DNA from: the human T2T-CHM13v2.0 reference genome, Homo sapiens | Reading direction: 5' to 3' (one strand) | Length of the DNA stretch: 64,000 nucleotides | Assembly (NCBI RefSeq): GCF_009914755.1 | Contig: NC_060932.1 | Part shown: positions 56,852 through 64,000 of the stretch, piece after piece | How positions within the stretch are numbered: the stretch's first letter is position 1 | How the letters are laid out: every line of letters begins with the position of its first letter | Translations under genes and position numbers: made by a program | The notes under the pieces: generated by a model | What the model was told of the DNA's origin: nothing | The model's input: only the letters and a program-made list of their open reading frames with translations | The model's database searches: none

Positions 56852-57496
56852 TGTTACCAGGGGTGGGTGTCCAGCTTCTTGGTGTTTTGAACAAAGAATT
56901 GGACCAAATGCACAAACAAAGCTGGGAAAGAATGAAGCAACAAAAGCAGAGATTTATTGAAAACAAAAGTACCCTCCACAGGGTGGGAGCAGGCCCGAGC
57001 ATAGGGGCTCAAGAGCCTGGTTACAGAATTTTCTGGGGTTTAAATACCCTCTAGAGGTTTCCTATTGGCCACTTGGTGTACACCCCATGCAAATGAAGTA
57101 GTGGCCCACCATCAGTCTGATTGTTGGCAGAAAGTTTTTCACAACCAATGACAGGCTGAAGTGAAGTTACAAAGGTTACACCCTATGCAAACATCTGATT
57201 TGTTGTGGAAGGCAGCCAATCAGAGGCTAAAGTGAAGTTACAAAGTTACACTTCTATGCACACGAAGAGTTGGATTGCAATCAATGTGATTGGTTGTGGA
57301 AAGCAACCCATCAGAGGTACTTACGATTTTCCATCTGACACTCATCAAAAGAAAGGGTGGGTTGCAAAGGAAGTAGTCTTCAGTCCTTTTGTTACTTAGG
57401 TGTGGAAAGTTGGGGAGTTTCTTTTGATTTAGTTCTGGGAAGTCAGCATGAATCGACCTTAGGTTCCCTGACTCCAGACCCTATTCTCCTGCCTCA
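56852..57496 (-). mobile_element. MER51 solo LTR (ERV1)
   Basis: Reverse complement starts TGAGGCAGGAGAATAGGGTCTGGAG; 4-bp TSD ATTC; repeated CCAAT units. Confidence 0.88.
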
Positions 57497-57735
57497 ATTC
57501 CATTGACCAAATTCCATTTAGTTGTCTATGAGGTTAAATGGTGTACCTTTATGTCCATTTCTTTTTTACAGTTTTCTAGGATAGAGTCTCAAGAAACTTT
57601 GCCTATAACCTAATATCAAACACTTAGTGTAGAGATAGTTAATACTGCTAATAATTACTTGCAATCAACTAACTAGGATAATTGCCTCACTTTTCACATT
57701 GTACAGGTATAGGTTATAAAATATAATTATAGTGT

Positions 57736-58016
57736 GCTCACGCCTGTAATCCCAGCACTTTGGGAGGCTGAGGCAGGCAGATCACGAGGTCAGGAGATTG
57801 AGACCATCCTGGCTAACATGGTGAAATCCCGTCTCTACTAAAAATACAAAAAATTAGCCAAGTGAGGTGGCGGGTGGCTGTAGTCCCAGCTACTTGGGAG
57901 GCTGAGGTAGGAGAATGGCGTGAACCAGGGAGGCAGAGCTTTCAGTGAGCCAAGATTGTGTACTGCACTCCAGCCTGGGCAACAGAGTGAGACTCTGTCT
58001 CAAAAAACAAATAATA
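57736..58016 (+). mobile_element. Alu (AluY-like), slightly 5'-truncated
   Basis: GAGAATGGCGTGAACC diagnostic; TSD ATAATTATAGTG at 57723-57734 and 58017-58028. Confidence 0.93.
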
Positions 58017-58245
58017 ATAATTATAGTGAGAAATATATTTGTGTATACACATATAGTGTTTTCATATAAGCTGTCAAAGAATTCTACATGTGATGGTATT
58101 GAATAGATTATGTCCTTGCTTTCCTGCTGTTTTTTTCTTGCTTTCCTCTTTCTTGACTATTTTCCAACTAGGCTCCATAACACTACACAAACCAGTAAAA
58201 GATCTATAGAAATTTTCTTTTTTAAAAATTTAATTTAATTAAGTA

Positions 58246-58546
<301 letters not shown>

Positions 58547-58555
58547 TTTTTAAAA

Positions 58556-60633
58556 TTTTATTCTTTTTTAAGTTCTGGGATACATGTACAGGATGTGCAG
58601 GGTTTTTACATAAGTATACGTGTGCCATGGTAGTTTGCTGCCCCATCAGCCCATCATCTAGCTACTAAGGCTCACATGCATTAGCTATTTATCCTGGTGC
58701 TCTCTCTCCCCCAACTCCCGCCAAGAGGCCCCAATGTGTGTTGTTCGCCTCTGTGTGTTCATGTGTTCTCATTGTTGAACTCCCACTCATAAGTGAGAAC
58801 ATGCAATGTTTGGTTTTCTGTTCCTGTGTTAGTTTGCTGAGGACAATGGCTTCCAGCACCATCCATGTCCCTGAAAAGGACATGATCTCATTCCTTTTTA
58901 TGGCTGCATAGTATTCCATGATATATATATCCCTACCACATTTTCTTTATCCAGGCTATTACAGATGGGTATTTGTGTTGGTTCTATGTCTTTGCTATTG
59001 TGAATAGTGCTGCAAAGAACATATGTGTGCATGTATCTTTATAACAGAATGATTTATACTCCTTTGGGTATATACCTAGTAATGGGATTCATGGGTAAAA
59101 TGGTATTTCTGTTTCTAGGTCTTTGAGGAATTGCCACACTGTCTTCCACAGTGGTAGAACTAATTTACATTCCCACCGATAGTGTAAAAGCATTCCTATT
59201 TCTCCACAGCCTCGCCAGCAACTGTTGTTTCTTGACTTTTTAATAACCATCATTGTGACTGGCATGAGATGCTATCTCATTTTGGTTTTGATTTGCATTT
59301 CTCTAATAATTAGTGATGTTGAACTTTTGTTCATATGTTTGTTGGCCTCATAAATGTCTTCTTCTGAGAAGTATGTGTTCATGTCCTTTGCCTGCTTTTT
59401 AATGGGGTTGTTTGATTTTTTTCTTGTATATTTGTTTAAGTTCTTTGTAGATTTTGGGTATTAGACCTTTGTCAGATGGGTAGATTGCAAAAATTTTCTC
59501 CCATTCTGTAGGTTGTCTGTTTACTCTGATGATAGTTTCTTTTGCTGTGAAGAAGCTCTCTAGTTTAATTAGATCCCATTTGTCAATTTTTGCTTTTGTT
59601 GTAATTGCTTTTGATGTTTTTGTCATGATATTTTTGCCCGTGCCTATGTTCCAAATGGTATTGCCTAGATTTTCTTCTAGGGTTTTTATAGTTTTGGGTT
59701 TTACATTTCAGCTTTTAATCCATCTTGAGTTAATTTTTGTGTAACATGAAAGGAAGGGTTTGAGTTTCAATTTTCTGTATATGGCTAGCCAGTTTTCACA
59801 GCACCATATATTAGTTAAGGAATCCTTTTCCCGTTGCTTATTTTTGTAAGGTTTGTCAAAGATCAGATGGTTGTAGATATGTGTTCTTATTTCTCAGATG
59901 TCTATTCTGTTCCATTGGTCTCTGTGTCTGTTTTGTACCAGTACCATGCTGTTTTGGTTACTATACCTTGTAGTATAATTTGAAGTCAGACAGCATAATG
60001 CCTCCAGCTTTGTTCTTTTTGCTTAGGATCATCTTGGCTATATTGGCTCTTTTTCAACATAGTTTTGGAAGTTCTGGCCAGGCCTATCATGCAAGAGAAA
60101 GAAATAAAGCGTATTCAAATAAGAAGAGAGGAAGTCAAACTGTCTCTGTTTGCAGATGATATGGTCCTATATGTGGAAAACACCATAGTCTCAGCCTAAA
60201 AGCTTCTAAAGCTGATGAGCAACTTCAGCAAAGTCTCAGGATACAAAATCAGTGCCCAGAAATCACAAGCATTCCATACACTAGCAATAGACAAGCAGAG
60301 AGCCAAATCATGAATGAATGCCCATTTACAATTGCTACAAAGAGAATACAATACCTAGGAATACAGCTAACAAGGAAAGTGAAGGACCTCTTCAAAGAGA
60401 ACTAGGAAAGTAAAGGACCTATTCAAGGAGAACTACACGCCACTGCTCAAGGAAATAGAAGAGGACACAAAGAAATAGAAAAACTTGCCATGCTCAAGGA
60501 TAGGAAGAATCAACAACATAAAAATGCCCATATTGCCCAAAGTAATTTGTAGATCATATGCTATTCCCATTTAACTACCACTGACATTCTTCACATAATT
60601 AGAAAAACCTACTCTGAAATCCACATGGAACCA
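58556..60633 (-). mobile_element. Older L1PA with 5' inversion
   Basis: Minus-strand 3' part to ~60054; plus-strand ORF2 segment ~60053-60633 ends at TGGAACCA, adjacent in L1 coordinates to the minus part. Confidence 0.9.
60374..60435. repeat. 31-bp tandem duplication within the L1
   Basis: GGAAAGTGAAGGACCTCTTCAAAGAGAACTA followed by a copy with 3 mismatches. Confidence 0.9.
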
Positions 60634-60667
60634 TAAACATTTTCATGAACATATGCTATATTTGACT

Positions 60668-61167
60668 TTTCCTGGTTGGCTAGGATTGCCATGAAAAAAT
60701 ACCATAGATTTAGTGGTTTAAACAACAGATATGTACTTTCTCACAGGCCAGAAGTCCTACATCAAGTACAACTTCTAGTTGAGTAGAAATGTTAATAGCA
60801 GGAACTCTTGCCTCATGTCTGATTTGATTCTTTCTTAATTTGTGATTTTTTATTGTAAAAGTTATATAGCCATGCCATGGACATGTGAAATAAAATTTCT
60901 ACTTGAGGCTTCCCTCCTTGGCTTGCAGATGGCTGCCTCTTGTTTCCTCTTCACAGTCCCTCCCTGCACCTGCATCCTTGGTGTCTCTCTGAATGTCCTA
61001 ACCTCCTCCTCTTAAAAGGACACTGGTCAGATCAGATGAGAGCTATTAATATAACCTCATTTAACCTATTACCTATTTAAGTCTCTATCTCCAAATATAA
61101 TTACATTCTAAGGTACTGGGAGCTAAGACTTCAATATACGAATTTTGAGGTGATACAATTCAGTCTA
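60668..61167 (-). mobile_element. MLT1A/B LTR with ~140-bp insert
   Basis: ATACCATAGATTTAGTGGTTTAAACAACAGA; CTCCTTGGCTTGCAGATGGCTGCC; ATACAATTCAGTC. Confidence 0.8.
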
Positions 61168-61827
61168 TGGTATGATTGGAATGTGTTCCCCAAATAGCAT
61201 GGATTGGAAACTTAATCACCTTTGCAACAGTATTAAGAAGTGGGGCCTTCAGGCAAGGTGGCTCACGCCTGTAATTCCAGCACTTTGGGAGGCCAAGGTG
61301 GGCAGATCATTTGAGGTCAGGAGTTCGAGACCAGCCTGACCAACGTGGAGAAACCCTGTCTCTACTAAAAAATACAAAAATATCCCAGTGTGGTGGTGCA
61401 TGACTGTAATCCCAGCTACTTGGGAGGCTGAGGCAGGAGAACTGCTTGAACCTGGAAGCAGAGGCTGTGGTGAGCCGAGATGGCACCATTGCACTACAAC
61501 CTGAGCAGCAAGAGTGAAACTCCATCTCAAAAAAAAAAAAAAAAAAAAGTGGGGTCTTTAAGAGGTGATTAGGCCATGAAGGCTCTGCCGTCATCAATGG
61601 ATTAATGCCATTATTGAGGAGGTGGATTCATTATTGAGGTAGCAGCTTCCTTATTAAAGGACAAGTTCAGACCCCTCTTGTTCCCTCTTTTGCTCTTTCT
61701 TGGCTTTTCCTTCATGGGATGATGTGTCACAAGAAGGCCCTCACCAAATGCCAGTTCCTCAATCTTGCACCTCTCAGCCTCAAGAACCATGATCCAATAA
61801 ATTTCTGTTCATTTTCTCAGCATTCCA
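61165..61827 (+). mobile_element. MST (MaLR) LTR split by an Alu
   Basis: TTGGAAACTTAATC...AGAGGTGATTAGGCCATGA; AAGAAGGCCCTCACCA; AATAAATTTCTGTTC. Confidence 0.8.
61251..61548 (+). mobile_element. Alu (AluSp/Sq)
   Basis: Full dimer; TSD AAGTGGGG(C/T)CTT. Confidence 0.95.
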
Positions 61828-62975
61828 CAGAGGTATTGCAGGTTTTGTTCCAGACCACCGCAATAAAGCAGGTATCACAGTAAAGCAGGTCACATGAAGC
61901 TTTTGGTTTCCAGTGCATAAAAAAGTTAAGTTACAATGTACTTTAGTCTGTTAAGTGTGCAATAGCATTATGGCTGAAAAACAATGTACATACCTTAATT
62001 TTAAAACACTTTATTACTAAAAAAAAATGCTAACAATTACGTGAGCCTTCAGCAAATCATAATCTTTTTGCCGGCGGAGGGTCTGGCCTTGATGTTAATG
62101 GATGCTGACTGATCAGGGTAGTGGTTGCTAAAACTTGGGGTGGCTGTGGCAAATTCTGAAAATGACACAGCAATGAAGTTTGCTCCATTGATTGACTCTC
62201 ATGAAAGACTTCTCCACAGCATGTGATGCTATTTGATACCATTTTACCACTTTGAAAATCGGAGTCAATCTTCTCCAATCCAGCTGCTTCTTTATTAACT
62301 AAGTTTATGTATACTTGAAATCATTTGTTGTCATCTCAACAATGTTCATAGCTTCTTCACCAGGAGTATATTCCATCTTAAGAAATCACTTTCTTTGTTC
62401 ATCCCTCGGAAACAACTCCTTATCTGTTTAAGTTTTACCATGAGATTGCAGCAACTCAGTCACATCTCAGGCTCCACTTCTAGTTCTAGTTTTCTTGCTA
62501 TTTCCACCACAATTCCAGTTAAACTTCCTCCACTGAAGTCTTGAGCCCCTCAATGTCATGTGTGAGGGTTGGAATCAACTTCTTTCAAACTCCTGTTAAT
62601 ACTATTGTGATTTCCTTTCATGAATCACAAAGTTCTCGTGGCAGAGAATGGTGAGTCTCTCCTAGAAGGTTTTCAATATACTTTGCTCAGATCCATCAAG
62701 GCAGCTATAGCTTTATGAATGATAGCACACCTGTTTAAAGTATGGTTTACTGAATATTTTAAGGTCACTGTTGAGACCTGCTGCTTAGAAAAGAAAGATT
62801 CCTTTCAAAATGTTAATGCTCATTGACAATGTACTCAATCATATAAAAGCTCTGATGAAGATGTATAAGAAGATTAATGTTGTTTTCATGCCTGCAAACA
62901 GAACATCCATTCTGCAGCCCATAGATCAAAGAGTAATTTCAAAGTTCAAGTCTTACTGTGTTAGAAATACATACA
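61828..62975 (-). mobile_element. Tigger1 fragment (degraded transposase 3' part)
   Basis: TTGCAGGTTTTGTTCCAGACCACCGCAATAAAGC near the terminal repeat; ACATCCATTCTGCAGCCCATAGATCAAAG DDE-region motif. Confidence 0.85.
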
Positions 62976-63558
62976 TGAAATAAATGCTATGGTAAAGGAA
63001 AACATGATTAAAAATGTATGTACAGAATAATAGCAAATCTGTATATACAGAAATTCCTATGAATGGGAAAAAATAGGAAAAATCCAGCAAACATACAATA
63101 TTAATTGCAAGGTCTTTGTATGATAGAATACATGACTTTCTTCACCTTTTTACATTTTCTCATGTGTCCCAGAATTAGTATATTTATTACACATTACTTT
63201 AAGCGGTGTGTTTTAATAAATTAAAATAAGACCTGTATAAAACACTGGTAATTAAGCTGTAGAAAAATATCAAGTCAAAAGAATGATAATTTAACAGTCA
63301 CAGACTAAAAGCCAACTTTAATATTTGCAGAACATCATAGAAAATATTCCTCTATTCATACACATTGAACAGGAAAAGAGAAACGGGAAGAAAAGAATAA
63401 TTTGAGAGGAAAGTGTTAACAGCATATAAGCTCTTTTAAGTTAAATTCTATTAAATTTTTTATATTTTGCAAAAGAAAAAGAAATGGGAGTAAATAGGAA
63501 TATACTTCTAATTTTCAGGCAAATATTCTTAAGCAACATGGGTTATTAGTTTTTTTAA

Positions 63559-63919
<361 letters not shown>

Positions 63920-63927
63920 TAGCACTG

Positions 63928-63930
<3 letters not shown>

Positions 63931-63962
<32 letters not shown>

Positions 63963-64000
63963 AGACTAAGTTTCGCTCTGTTGCCCATGCTGGAGTGCAG
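63931..64000 (-). mobile_element. Alu 3' end, cut by the window edge
   Basis: T31 followed by GAGAC...GCTCTGTTGCCCATGCTGGAGTGCAG. Confidence 0.9.

Overview
This is hominoid (most likely human) genomic DNA: AT-rich, CpG-depleted, and roughly 60-65% interspersed repeats by my rough estimate. An SVA retrotransposon places it in apes. I find no credible protein-coding gene. The ORFs I can assign come from L1 ORF2 remnants, Alus, SVA or LTRs; the rest look like chance or low-complexity ORFs. The window holds about 19 Alus, many with clear target-site duplications (TSDs), old L1M/L2/MIR fragments, four L1PA insertions (three with twin-priming 5' inversions), an L1PB, and a full-length old-type SVA. 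It also has a dense set of solo ERV LTRs (MER50 x2, MER31 x2, LTR8, MER39-like, MER21, LTR47-like, LTR26-like, MER11, MER51, MaLRs) and DNA transposons (Tigger1, Tigger3, MER6, MER3, MER58). Family names come from my memory of consensus sequences, not a database search. The most interesting signal the repeats do not explain is a 47-bp-arm hairpin at 22914-23021, beside a MER31 LTR, whose predicted 5p product would carry the miR-181-family seed. Other leads are smaller fold-back hairpins, a POU dimer motif cluster, and a repeat-poor, TAAT-rich stretch at about 42.8-49.4 kb with splice-like signals. I see no firm evidence for a new biological system; the findings are testable hypotheses.
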